Assembly (NCBI RefSeq): GCF_000143415.4
Contig: NW_003314263.1
Location: 2,239,691-2,277,883, forward strand
Source of the DNA: Selaginella moellendorffii
Taxonomy: Eukaryota > Plantae > Lycopodiophyta
Length of the DNA: 38,193 nt
Reading direction: 5' to 3'
Below, in pieces: positions 23,816-34,319 of the stretch. The translations under genes and the position numbers were made by a program. Each line of letters opens with the position of its first letter. Position 1 is the first letter of the stretch. The notes beneath the pieces are model-generated. The model made no database searches, was not told the DNA's origin, and worked only from the letters and a program-made list of their open reading frames with translations.

Positions 23816-25765
23816 TCACTTACCACTTGCGACTTGCCACCTGTGAAGAATGTCTTCCTCGATCTCCGCGAGAAGCTCACGGGTCGCAGCCGTTTTCACA
23901 GTCCTCAGGCACCGCAGTACTCGCAAGCTCGAGTGGAGAACAGCTCCCCGAGCTTTGAGCTCCTTGTAGATCCTGAGAGCCGTGTCGGAGCAGCCCCGGT
24001 AGCACAGCGTAACGATGAGGTGCTTGGCCATCCTGGGATGCGGGAGCCCGCGCTTCTCGACCGCCTCGTCGAACAGCTCCACTGCATAGTCCCCGCTGAT
24101 GCTCCAAGCAGCGTCGTGAACCAAGCAAGCGTAAGCCCAGCTGGAAGGAAACATGTCCTTGCTTCTCATCTCCTCGTACGCTTGCCACGCGAACTTCATC
24201 TTGTCCGCCTTGTAGTACGCCTTGATGAGCCGCGAGTAGCTGTAGGAGTTCGGCTTGAGCTTCTTCTCCTCCATGAACCTCACGAAATCCCATAAGTAAC
24301 GGTGGTCGCTGTTGGCGAGTATCTTGAGGAGGAGATTGGATGGCAGGAGCATCGAGCTGCCACCAGCGCGAATCACGTCTTGGACGACCAGAGGCTTCTT
24401 GAGGCGTTTGTGTGCTGCTCGGACGCAAGCGATGTAAGTGCCGCGGTTGGGCTGGTAACCGCTGTACTTCATGAAGCGGAGCAAGTCCCACGTTGCCTTT
24501 GTCAGCGTCGCGACGCAGAGCCGCGTGATATACTCTCGGAGCTTGAACCGGTACTTCGATCCCTTGAGAGCCTCCACGATCATTCTAGCGTCCCGGAACT
24601 TGAGATCCATGACTAGCGAGCTCGCCACCCAAATGCATGTGAAGAACGTCGGCCGGTCCTTGAGCTTCACGAGAACCTTGAAGACCTTGAGAGCGTCGGC
24701 ACTCCTTTCAGTCTCCGCGAGATAGTTCGTGAGAGTTTCGTAGACTTCGGGCGTAAGGTGGAACCTTGACCGGGCCATGAACCGGAAGACTTCCATAGCT
24801 TCGTCCAGCTTATAAACTTTGCAAAGCTTGAGGATAGTCTCGCAGCAAAACTCCACCGTGTGTGGGACGTCTCCGGCAAGGATTGCTTCGTAGTCTCTGT
24901 GAACCTCCGATCTCCTCTGGACGACACGCAAGAGATTTATGTTGTCGTCGTTAAGTCGAAACCGTGCCTGCTCCATCCTGCCTATATAAGCCACCGCGGC
25001 CTTCTCAGCCGAGCACTGGAGAAGCGTCGCGATCAAACTGTTGTAGAGATCCTCACTGGGCTTGCAACCATAGTCAGCCATCCTGTTGAAAGCGTGAGCC
25101 GCCTCAGTGGAGTTCTGAGCTCGAGCACAGCTCTTAAAGATGGTGAAGAAGACGAAGTCTGGCACCCCGGCTCGGTTTCTCTTCATCTCGTCCAGAACGC
25201 TCCACATACTTCCATAGTGCTTTCGATCGCACAAGATCTTCACGATGCTCTCATAAGCCTCGCTAGCAAGCGTGAGATCCGGCTCGTCTTTCACCCATTT
25301 GTAGAAGCCCATGGCCTTGGAAGGATGCTTTATCCTCTTGAAAATGGCTGGAAGATCGTAAGGCATGAGGTTGATGCCGCTGTGCTTGAGAGCGTTGAGA
25401 CTAAATGTAAGTTCGGACGCTGAGTCGCAAAGGTCGATGCACCACACGACCCTGTCAATGTGACTCTTTCCCGATGCACCCGATTTATCTTCTCCTCCCA
25501 GCTCCTCCTCGGCATCCAGCTCCTCCTGGGAATCCATCCCTTCCTCGAAGAAATCCACAGCCGCGACGTGATCCGTGTGCTTGTGTCTAACCTGATCGGG
25601 CTTTATCACCGCCATGCCGCGGCATTGGAGCCCCAGCTTGCCCGAATCGATCATCCAGCACATACCTGATGCCCGGCGATCGCATATTTCGAGTGCTAGG
25701 CGCGCCGCATTGCATCGCCGAGACCCGGAGCGCGCGGCATTCTTGACGATGGCCCAAATGGCCAT
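23816..25765 (-). CDS. P-class PPR protein with an organellar-presequence-like N-terminus; 649 aa unspliced, or ending at 23726 if a 48-nt intron 23823-23776 is removed
   Basis: 35-aa helical repeats (YESIVKILC, YNSLIATL, PNSYSYSRLIKAY); Arg/Ala/Ser-rich N-terminus; GTAAGT donor overlaps the last codons and is followed by a T/C tract and TAG acceptor. Confidence 0.9.
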   Translation of the reverse strand: MAIWAIVKNAARSGSRRCNAARLALEICDRRASGMCWMIDSGKLGLQCRGMAVIKPDQVRHKHTDHVAAVDFFEEGMDSQEELDAEEELGGEDKSGASGKSHIDRVVWCIDLCDSASELTFSLNALKHSGINLMPYDLPAIFKRIKHPSKAMGFYKWVKDEPDLTLASEAYESIVKILCDRKHYGSMWSVLDEMKRNRAGVPDFVFFTIFKSCARAQNSTEAAHAFNRMADYGCKPSEDLYNSLIATLLQCSAEKAAVAYIGRMEQARFRLNDDNINLLRVVQRRSEVHRDYEAILAGDVPHTVEFCCETILKLCKVYKLDEAMEVFRFMARSRFHLTPEVYETLTNYLAETERSADALKVFKVLVKLKDRPTFFTCIWVASSLVMDLKFRDARMIVEALKGSKYRFKLREYITRLCVATLTKATWDLLRFMKYSGYQPNRGTYIACVRAAHKRLKKPLVVQDVIRAGGSSMLLPSNLLLKILANSDHRYLWDFVRFMEEKKLKPNSYSYSRLIKAYYKADKMKFAWQAYEEMRSKDMFPSSWAYACLVHDAAWSISGDYAVELFDEAVEKRGLPHPRMAKHLIVTLCYRGCSDTALRIYKELKARGAVLHSSLRVLRCLRTVKTAATRELLAEIEEDILHRWQVASGK

Positions 25766-25846
25766 AAAACCCTAAACCCCGCCCAAACCCAGCCCAAAAT
25801 TTTAGGGTTCTTCCAAGATTAGGGTTCCTCTGGGCGATGGGCGACG
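25766..25846. promoter_or_regulatory. 81-bp bidirectional promoter with telo-boxes and site II-like motifs
   Basis: AAACCCTAA at 25767-25775, TTAGGGTT at 25802 and 25819, and AGCCCA/CGCCCA/TGGGCG motifs between two divergent ATGs. Confidence 0.7.
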
Positions 25847-27508
25847 ATGAACAGCTCCGGCTTCGACTACCGCACCGTCGCGCTCGTCCTACGCAACGCG
25901 CAAGATCCCACATCCGCATTTCTCTTCTTCAGGTGGGCGTCAGCGCAGCAGGGATTCAAGCACTCGACCTACACATACAATTCCCTCCTCCACTCGCTCG
26001 TCAAGGCGCAATCGCTCGACGCCGCGCTCCTCCTCGAGCAGGAGATGCGAGCCACGCGGCGCTGCTCGCCAAACCGATTCACATTTTCTGTGCTCATCGC
26101 GGGGCTGTGCAAGGCCGGGCGATTGGGCGAAGCGGTCGAGTGCTACAACCAGATGCTAGAAAGGCATTGCGTTCCAAACTTGAGAGACATCAATCTCCTT
26201 CTCGCAAGTCTCTGCCAAGCGGGCAAGATGGATCAAGCCATGGCGATCTTCCGCGGGATCCAGTGCTCTCCCAGCGTCATCACGCTCAACATCCTCATCA
26301 ATGGCTTTTGCGAGCTCCAGCTCCTGGATAAAGCGCTGGAGCTCTTCCACGAGATGGAGAAGAACTTTGCGCTCGTCCCGGAGGCCACCACTTACACCGC
26401 GATCATCAAGTGCTACTGCAAGATGGATCGACTGGACCAAGCTCGCCAGCTTCTCGAGGAGAGCTCTTGCTGCTCCTCGGACGTGATCGCCATCACCAGC
26501 GTCGCCCGCGGCTTCTGCAAGGCACAGAGAGTGGACGAGGCTTATCAGCTCCTGCTCGACATGGTGGAAAAGAAATCGGCCAAACCTGACATAGTCGCCT
26601 GGAACGTGATCATCCATGGCTTCTGCAAGGCCGGGCGAGTGAGAGAAGCGTACGAGATGCTGGAAACTTTGGTCTCGATGGGATGCGTTCCAAACGCCGT
26701 GACTTACACCACGCTCATCGATGGCTTTTGCAAGTCCGGGAACCTCAGCGAGGCACTGCAGCTCTTCAAAGTGTTGAGCTCCAGGGATCACCACGCGGAG
26801 CCAAACGTTGTCACCTTCAACGCTCTCATCAGCGGGTTGTGCAAGGCCGATCGGCTGGAGCATGCGTTTGAGCTCGTGAAGCAGATGAAAGCTCGCGACT
26901 TGAGGGCCGATACGTTCACGTACACAACGCTCATGGACGGGCTCTGCAAGCAAGGAAGAACCAGCGAAGTCAGTCGGGTGTTTGAGGAGATGCTGCGAGA
27001 GGGATGCAATCCCAGTGTCGTCACTTACACCACGCTCGTTCACGCGCACTGCAAGGCTGGGAGTTTGCAAGACGCGCAGCAAGTCATCCGGAGCATGGTT
27101 GCGAAAGGAATTCCTCCGGACGTGACCACATACACGGTGCTGCTGGAAGGACTGTTTGAGAATGGAAAGGTGAGAACAGCGACCGAGTTTTTCGAGAAGA
27201 TACTGCGAGAGAGATGCCCACCTTGCGCGGTGGTGTACTCGGCACTGGTGAGAGGCTGCTGCAAAGCGGCGTTGGTGGACGAGGCCGTCAAATACTACGT
27301 TGAGATGCTGGACAGGCGACTGGCTCCGGATCCGGCGACTTGCAAGCTTCTGGTTGAGATGCTGTGCAAGAGAGGCCGAACGGACGTCGCTCATTCCATG
27401 TTGTTGGATACCATTCGAGTGTCTAGCTCCGACTCGCTGCAACGGCATAAGTTGAATGGATTTAAGCGGCTATTGAGAGAAATGGAAACAAAGTCGTCCA
27501 TACCATAG
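25847..27508 (+). CDS. P-class PPR protein, 553 aa, no evident transit peptide
   Basis: About 13-14 canonical 35-aa repeats (PNAVTYTTLIDGFCKSG, PNVVTFNALISGLCKAD); intronless. Confidence 0.95.
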   Translation: MNSSGFDYRTVALVLRNAQDPTSAFLFFRWASAQQGFKHSTYTYNSLLHSLVKAQSLDAALLLEQEMRATRRCSPNRFTFSVLIAGLCKAGRLGEAVECYNQMLERHCVPNLRDINLLLASLCQAGKMDQAMAIFRGIQCSPSVITLNILINGFCELQLLDKALELFHEMEKNFALVPEATTYTAIIKCYCKMDRLDQARQLLEESSCCSSDVIAITSVARGFCKAQRVDEAYQLLLDMVEKKSAKPDIVAWNVIIHGFCKAGRVREAYEMLETLVSMGCVPNAVTYTTLIDGFCKSGNLSEALQLFKVLSSRDHHAEPNVVTFNALISGLCKADRLEHAFELVKQMKARDLRADTFTYTTLMDGLCKQGRTSEVSRVFEEMLREGCNPSVVTYTTLVHAHCKAGSLQDAQQVIRSMVAKGIPPDVTTYTVLLEGLFENGKVRTATEFFEKILRERCPPCAVVYSALVRGCCKAALVDEAVKYYVEMLDRRLAPDPATCKLLVEMLCKRGRTDVAHSMLLDTIRVSSSDSLQRHKLNGFKRLLREMETKSSIP

Positions 27509-27707
27509 CTAGCAGTTCTCGCAAAACGTTTTTGTATCGCGGATGAGCGCAGGCTCGAAAGCCATTCTTAACAAGAGCGCAGCTGTCCAGTATGATCACG
27601 AGAGTACTACAATTTTGTTGAGAATGGCTTTCAACTCTGGCGCTGGACTTTCTAATCTTCCTGCAAGAAAGGCCACCTCCCAAGTCACCTCTATCCATTG
27701 ACAATGC

Positions 27708-30700
27708 TTACCCGGCAAGAAGATTGTTTGCCATAAGCACGTAGGATGCGCAGTTTTTCTCGTCTATCTTGAGCAGCGACTGGAACGCCTTCTTCCCGAC
27801 TTCTACGTTCCTCCACTTGACGCATGCAGCCAGTAGCGTTGTCCAAGTAATCACCTCTGCTTTGAATGGCATTGCTTCCACCATAAGGAGAGCATCTTCC
27901 AGTTGGTTGGCTCGTCCAAACATGTCGATCATTGCATGGTAGTGCTCTACATCTGGACTGATTCTGTGCGTCTCTTGCATTTCCCGGAAGTAAGACTTTC
28001 CCTTCTCAAACAATCCTGCGTGACTACAACTGGTCAGAACCGAAAGCAGTGTGATACCTCCCGGTTTCATGTCCTGATCCTGTAGCATTTGCTGAAACAA
28101 GTCGATCACACAACTGGTGTCTCCCTGACGACTGTATCCTGCTATCAAAGCACTCCATGTTAGATCGCTCTTGTGGCTCGAATCAAACACGATATGAGCA
28201 TCGATCATGCTTCCACACTTACCATAGAAATCCACCAGACTGTTGACAAGAACAGCGTCACCTTCCAGCCCAAACTGGAGCAATTCAGCATGCACAGCCC
28301 GCCCAAACTCCAAGGCTGCAACACAACTGCAAGCTTTTAGTACCGCAGAGAAAGTCCAAGCATTGATACAACCATACCTCGTTCGAGCTCTAGTCTCCTG
28401 GAAAAGCTGGATTGCCACCTCCCCCTGCCCGTTCTCAGCACACGCATGTATCATCATCGTTGTCAGCACTTCATCACGACATGGCATGCGCTCGAAAACC
28501 ATCCGAGCGTCCGCCAAGCTTCCACACTTGGCGTACATGTCCACCAAGCTACTTTCCACGTAAAGATCCCGAGCAAAGTTGGACTTCGCTGCCTGAGAAT
28601 GAATAGCCATCCCTGTCTCCAGTGTTCTCACTTTCACCGCTAGTGCTCGATCGTTTAACTCGTTCGTCGCAAGGTTGCTGCAAGCCTTGAGTGCAGCAGC
28701 GTAAGTTCGCGAGTCCGGTGTGCAGCATTTCTCGGAAAAAATCCACTCGAGCACCTCCAGAGCCAGTCCTTCTTCGCCGTTTTCAGCGTAGCCGATCATC
28801 AGCGTCGTCCAGGATACCACACAGCGGCGAGAAATTCTGTCGAAAGCCATGACAGCGTCCACCAAGCTTCCACAGTTTGCGTACATTGCACACAAGCTGT
28901 TCCCCACGAAATTGTCGCTGTCGAAGTCTCTCTTTGCAGCTTGAGAATGAACAGCGAAACCAATTTCCAAGGACGTCTTCTTGGTCAGCTTCCCGTTGAT
29001 TTCTGTGCTCTCTTCGTCTATTGCGAGAGTGATGCAAGCCTTTAAAACAGCTACGTAAGTTCGAGCGTCGGCTTTGCATTTCATAGCTTGCATCTGTGAG
29101 AACAAGTTGAGAGCTGCTTCAACGTCGCCATTTTGAGCGTAACCCAGTATCATGCTGTTCCATGACACTGCATCCGGATTTTGCAGCCTGTAAAACACTC
29201 TTTCAGCATCTAGAGAACACCCAGCCTTGAAATAAAAACCAATCACACTGTTACTAACGAAGGTTGTCGAGTCGGCGTTGCAAACTTGAGCTCGAGAGTG
29301 GACAGCCATGCCTTTCTCCAGTGATGCCACTTTCACGAAACTCCCTCCAACTTCTCGGCCTTGTTCACTCGACGACAGACTCGTGCAAGCCTTGACAGCA
29401 GCAACAAAAGTTCGATCATCTGCTGCACAGCCATCAAAACCGTGAATCATTTGCACAAACAAATGAAGAGCAATATCACCTTCGTCGTTCTCCGCGTAAC
29501 CCGATATCAATCCATTCCAGAGCACCACAGTATGTTGAGAAACTCCATCAAAAACCCGGCGAGCGTCGACCATGCTTCCACACCTGGAATACATCTCAAT
29601 CAAACAGCTTGCCAGATAGACGTTCTTACTTTCGCTCTTTCCGGCTCGAGAATGTATCGCCATGCCGATCTCGAGCGCCAGTTTCATGTCAACTTCTCCG
29701 GCCTCAGCTTTCTCCGCAAGATCAGTGCATGCCTTCGCTGCAGCAATAAAAACCCGATGATCTGAGACGCAGCCACCCGACTGTTGCATCGTCTCAAACA
29801 GCTGCAAAGCCACCTTGCTCTCTCCATTTTCAGCATAGCCGAGAATCAGAGCTGTCCAGGAAACTGTGTCACGATCCGGTAGCCTGTCGAAAACCCGCTT
29901 TGCATCGACAAGTCCACCACAGTTCGCATACGTATCTATCAAAGTGTTGGCCAAAGTAGCGTCGAGCTTGAAGCCATCCTTCCCAGCTTGCGAGTGAACA
30001 GCCATGCCTTTCTCTAGAGCATCAAGCTTTACCGCGAAACCATCGAGTTTGGTAGCGTCTTCTTTCGCTGCTAAGTAAGAACAAGCCTTGAGTGCCGCAG
30101 CATAAGTTCCTCGATCCGGGGCACCCACAGCCAGCAGCAAATCCAAAGTCACTTGCGGCTCTCCATTCTCTGCGTACCCGAGCAGGAGAGAATTCCACAT
30201 AGCAGCATCAGCCCTGGCAATCGTCCTCTTGAAAACTCTCCAAGCATCCACCATCGCTCCACACTTGCGATACAAAGTCACCAAGCTGGAAGCCACGAAG
30301 ACGTTGTTTACGTCCCAGTTCTTCCTTGCGAGCTGAGAATGGAGAGCCATCCCTCTCTCCAGCGATCGTAACTTCACCATTCTTCCCGGAAGATCGTCGA
30401 TGGCTTCTTCTTTCGTGGCTAGATGGGCGCAAGCTTTGATCGCGACGACGTAAACCCGGGCATCTGGATCACACACTCCTTGAGCTAGCATTCTTTCGAA
30501 CAGCTCCAGAGCCATTCGTGCGTCGCCATTCTGGACGTAGCCAAGTATGATAGCCGTCCAGGAAACCACGTCGTGGGAATCCATGTCATCAAACACTGCT
30601 CTAGCCTCGATCACGCTGCCGCATCGCGAGTACATTGCGATCAAGCTGCTGGCGACGCGAGATTCCAAGCGATCGCAGCTCGCCGCCACAGCGGCATGGA

Positions 30701-30803
30701 TTTGCTTCCCCCGATTCAAATCTTTGGACCTGGTAGAAGCCCTGATCGCTGCAAGAACAACCTTCTGGATCTCCAGCTCGGGGCGTCGAGGAAGAGATTC
30801 CAT
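27708..30803 (-). CDS. PLS-class PPR protein with six extended L motifs, ending in the E domain with no DYW
   Basis: P-L-S triplets (VSWTALILGYAENG / KAC...HS / LIxMYxxCGSxxDAxxVF). First ATG is at 30803; the ORF track starts at a TTG. Ends HYHAMIDMFGRAN...YVLMAN. Confidence 0.93.
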   Translation of the reverse strand: MESLPRRPELEIQKVVLAAIRASTRSKDLNRGKQIHAAVAASCDRLESRVASSLIAMYSRCGSVIEARAVFDDMDSHDVVSWTAIILGYVQNGDARMALELFERMLAQGVCDPDARVYVVAIKACAHLATKEEAIDDLPGRMVKLRSLERGMALHSQLARKNWDVNNVFVASSLVTLYRKCGAMVDAWRVFKRTIARADAAMWNSLLLGYAENGEPQVTLDLLLAVGAPDRGTYAAALKACSYLAAKEDATKLDGFAVKLDALEKGMAVHSQAGKDGFKLDATLANTLIDTYANCGGLVDAKRVFDRLPDRDTVSWTALILGYAENGESKVALQLFETMQQSGGCVSDHRVFIAAAKACTDLAEKAEAGEVDMKLALEIGMAIHSRAGKSESKNVYLASCLIEMYSRCGSMVDARRVFDGVSQHTVVLWNGLISGYAENDEGDIALHLFVQMIHGFDGCAADDRTFVAAVKACTSLSSSEQGREVGGSFVKVASLEKGMAVHSRAQVCNADSTTFVSNSVIGFYFKAGCSLDAERVFYRLQNPDAVSWNSMILGYAQNGDVEAALNLFSQMQAMKCKADARTYVAVLKACITLAIDEESTEINGKLTKKTSLEIGFAVHSQAAKRDFDSDNFVGNSLCAMYANCGSLVDAVMAFDRISRRCVVSWTTLMIGYAENGEEGLALEVLEWIFSEKCCTPDSRTYAAALKACSNLATNELNDRALAVKVRTLETGMAIHSQAAKSNFARDLYVESSLVDMYAKCGSLADARMVFERMPCRDEVLTTMMIHACAENGQGEVAIQLFQETRARTRYGCINAWTFSAVLKACSCVAALEFGRAVHAELLQFGLEGDAVLVNSLVDFYGKCGSMIDAHIVFDSSHKSDLTWSALIAGYSRQGDTSCVIDLFQQMLQDQDMKPGGITLLSVLTSCSHAGLFEKGKSYFREMQETHRISPDVEHYHAMIDMFGRANQLEDALLMVEAMPFKAEVITWTTLLAACVKWRNVEVGKKAFQSLLKIDEKNCASYVLMANNLLAG

Positions 30804-30971
30804 TCCCACTCGATCATCCTCTACACCGCGGAAATTTCCCCGCAAAACTTACCCTTTTCTTCCTCGCCCTAAAACAAGGAACTCTCGAATTAGGGTTTAT
30901 GTGTGGATTCCCAGTGGAGCGACAGCGATCTGCGAGACGCGCGATCTCTTGGAGGTACTGGCCCTTACGCG
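30804..30971. promoter_or_regulatory. 168-bp divergent promoter shared by the PPR gene and PRA1, with a telo-box
   Basis: TTAGGGTTT at 30890-30898 between head-to-head ATGs. Confidence 0.6.
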
Positions 30972-32087
30972 ATGGATTGGGGCAATGTGAAACTGGCGGA
31001 GCTCGTCAATGCGCTCAAGGAGGTGGAGTGGACGACGCCGCCGAGGCCGCTAGCTGAATTCTTCGCCAAATTCGCGATTCCAAAGACCAGGGCCAAATGG
31101 GAGAGCCGCGTCAAGTGTAACCTCTACTAGTAAGTTCTTGCGCTTCCATTTCATCGAAGATCACTCAAAAATCTCTTTGTTTTCTTGCAGCTATAGAACG
31201 AACTACTTCCTCTCCATAGCTTTCATCCTCTGTAAGTTCTTGAGCTCTATCTTTCGTGAGTTCTCTCATCCTTTTTTTTTTCTTCGTCGTCACAGGCATA
31301 GGCTTCATCCGTAATCCTCTAGCGTTCATAGCGGTTCTCATCTCGAGCATTGGCACTGCGTGTCTCAATGACAGGTTTTTTCTCGTTCGATCGATCTTTC
31401 TCTTCTTTCTCACGAATTTTTTTGTTTTTTTCTTGTCAGCTTTGCCTTGTCCGTGAACGAGAGGCTAACGCGAGCGATCCGAAGATTATCTCCTCCTCTT
31501 GCTTCAAAGATGAGACCACCGACGTCGTGAGTTTTCTCGAGTTTCTTGCCACGAATCTCTTGATCTTTCTCTCGTCCAACTTGTGTGCAGTGTGGGAGTA
31601 CGGGGCCGTCCTTTGAAAGGAAACGTGTACATTTGTGGCACAGATCGCAGGATCGTCGTTTTAAGCATTCTATCACGTACGTATTCTCTTTTCTCTTCAT
31701 ATCTAAGTTCTATTTTGCTTTTTCTGGTGTGCCCGGTTCTCTTTTCGCAAAGTTTGCGTGGTTTCTTTGGACCGAAGTTAGAGTTCGCAAAGTTTCCATA
31801 GTTTTTCTTGGATCGAAGTTAAGTTTCCATGTTTGACGCTAAGCTTTCTACAGTGAGCGCGTTGTTTTGGTACATATCCTCGGCCTTCAAGACCGTCCTT
31901 TACGCACTCGCTCTGGGATTCATTCGTAAGTTCTCGCCATTCTCATCTTACTTTGTACCCAATCTACGTTCTTGTCACAGTCACGCTTCTACACATGTCC
32001 TTGCGGACTCCAAATCTCAAGGCTCGCTTGAATGCGTACCGCGAAGAGTTTCGCGCTGGGTGGCGTGGTTTAAACAGCGATCCTTAA
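30972..32087 (+). CDS. PRA1: Prenylated Rab acceptor PRA1, clade A; 209 aa; exons 30972-31129, 31191-31231, 31296-31374, 31440-31526, 31591-31676, 31854-31925, 31981-32087
   Basis: MDWGNV...PPRPLAEFF...KCNLYYYRTNYF...LHMSLRTPNLKARLNAYREEFRA; six GT-AG introns; exons total 630 nt. Confidence 0.93.
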
Positions 32088-32282
32088 ACGAGCTTTCCAC
32101 TCGCCTCGAAGAAGGAAAGATTTCTTCCGTATATATATTTTCACGGCCTTTTCTTTTTCTCTCTTTTTCCCGATCGAGCGTCTGCTACCGAAAGGTAAAG
32201 AAAGAGCCAGGTGAGAGCGCTATGAACACACTGTAGACAATAGCTTACAAACCGTAGTTAGCTTTCTTCCGCTTAGATGTTA

Positions 32283-33778
32283 TCATCTTCGCTCTCCCCG
32301 CTGTGCGTTGTCCACCGCGGAGGGCCGTTTGTAAGGGACAAATCCTCCCCGCGGAGAGCCGTGCGAAGATAGAGTTGACAAATTCGAACACGCTTGTGTA
32401 CAGCTTCCGGCTTCGTCGTCGCCATGAAGCAAAGAAGTCGTGGTACTCGAGCTGCTGCTCTTTTCCTGCATGGACGACTGTCGATTCGATCAGCAAACAC
32501 GAAATAAAGAAAGGAGAAACTTTTGGAGACACACACCTCGTTAATGGAGTTTAGTCTCCTGCGTTTGCTCTGTTCGAGGACCGCGACCTCGTCGTCAGTG
32601 TCATTCTTCCTGTCATTTTGTGAAGCGTCCCAGTTGCTGCTCTTGTCCACAGCGCTGGGACTGTTAGAATCCGTCATGGAGTGCCACCGGAGGATTTCGT
32701 GCTGTGGTTTTAGCACCTGTGGAGTCAGGAGTTGCCAGGGATTAACTTGACCAACGTGAGGATGAATACCCGCTAGAAACGCCGCGTAGTGCAAGACGAT
32801 AAGGTTGTTCACCGTGTTTTGATGGTCCTTTAGCTGTACAGGCGCGTGCTGCTGCTGCTGCTGCTGCGGTTCGGCGTTTTCTAACTCTTGATTACGCGAC
32901 GAGACCTCCGAGTGGTTCCTAGCACTCGCCGGCAGCCTTGTCTCCTCTGATGATCCACACTTTGTCCTCTGCAGGAGATCGCTTGCTCCAGATTCTACTC
33001 CACTCTCCTCCTCTGGACCCGATGAAACTTCTTTTAGCTGCTGCGCCTCATCTTCATCCGTGCTTGGGGATGGCTCACCCACAAGCACAGTTTGTCCAAA
33101 CAGCTTGAGACCTTTCCTGGCTCCACTCTTCCCAGTGCATTCGATCGACTGCGCAAACATCCATCCAAAGTCAGTAAGAGAAATGCGGGATTATAGCTAA
33201 AGTCGGGTTTTAAGCACCTGTGCGGTTGTGGTGTGTTCTTCCAAACAGCTAGGAGTGCTTGACAAGTAGCCCGGTGTCGTGTCGTCCGACGAGTTCACGC
33301 CGGCCTTTTTCGGATATGGATGGCTTGGTTTTCGCTTTGGTCGTGGTGGTGGTATTTCTATATGCTGTCCTGCACTGCCTTTGTCTCGTTCCACCTATAC
33401 GCAATGAAAGAGTTAAAGCCACTCTCACTTTCCGCAAAAGGCTGTGAAGCACACCTTAGAGAAGAATTTCTGAGCGTGGCTGCGGATTTGCACAGCCGTC
33501 TTTGTACCGATGTGCTCTGCAATATATCCATAGTTTAGTCAAAGAAATGTGATGAAACTTATGCTCGTACCTTCAATCTTACGCCATCCTCGTCCAAATA
33601 ACTGTAGTGCTTCCACAAATTTAATGTGTTCTTCCTCGGTCCAGCGCTCGCGCTGCTTGGTGATAGTGTAGGGCTTTCTAACCTGTCAAAAACCCAGATT
33701 TTAGCAACGATTTCCTCGAAGATCGCACGGATAGATAAACATTACCTGTTGCAGGCCCACGGCGGGATTCGAACTCAT
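32283..33778 (-). CDS. RVE: CCA1/LHY/REVEILLE single-MYB clock transcription factor (RVE1/2/7-like), 396 aa; exons 33778-33746, 33682-33571, 33516-33455, 33394-33218, 33148-32537, 32477-32283
   Basis: [19 protein letters not shown]...[37 protein letters not shown]-terminal GFVPYKR; GT-AG introns keep the frame. Exon 1 is the least certain. Confidence 0.92.
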
Positions 33779-34319
33779 CGCAAGAAAGCGGGGAAGAAGA
33801 GAATGCGAAATTTGTGGGATTCCTGGAAAGAAGACTCTAGAGCCAGCCGATCAGCTGCTACGTCTTCCAATTCAGCTCGTGCAGGAGCTCCATGGGAAGA
33901 GATCGCCGATTGCGATGGAAATCGCCGCAAGAAGACGCAAAACGCCTCCGCACGCCAAGATTACGCGCTCCGCAGCAAGAATTCCCACCTCGCGACGCTC
34001 GATCGACCGCTCCTAGGCGATTGGCAGCGGCATTCTCCGCTAGCGCTCTCAAAACCCTACTACTACACCAGCAGTGCGAACAAATCCCTTTATCTCGTGC
34101 TTCATATTTCGGTAGCTATCCCACCGTCCGTTACTTTTAAGGACGGTCAAGATTGGGGATTAGTTTTAATCCATAAAGTGCAAAAAGGCCGTCCTCGGGC
34201 CGCAAAAGTATAACTTTGCTACCGTCTTTTCCGACCCTGCCGCCCGAGCCTCTCTGCGCGCTCGTACGTACCTACCCCCTCGTCCGATTCTCCCCAGCCG
34301 GGAAAACTTAACCAACGGG

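Noticed and set aside
26156-27448. 430-aa antisense ORF and similar shadow ORFs over the PPR and NPF genes
   Set aside because: Codon-bias shadows of real genes on the opposite strand.
32273-32536. ORF-track C-terminus VCVSKSFSF...EDDNI for the MYB protein
   Set aside because: It reads through a 59-nt intron; the spliced frame gives the conserved GFVPYKR motif.
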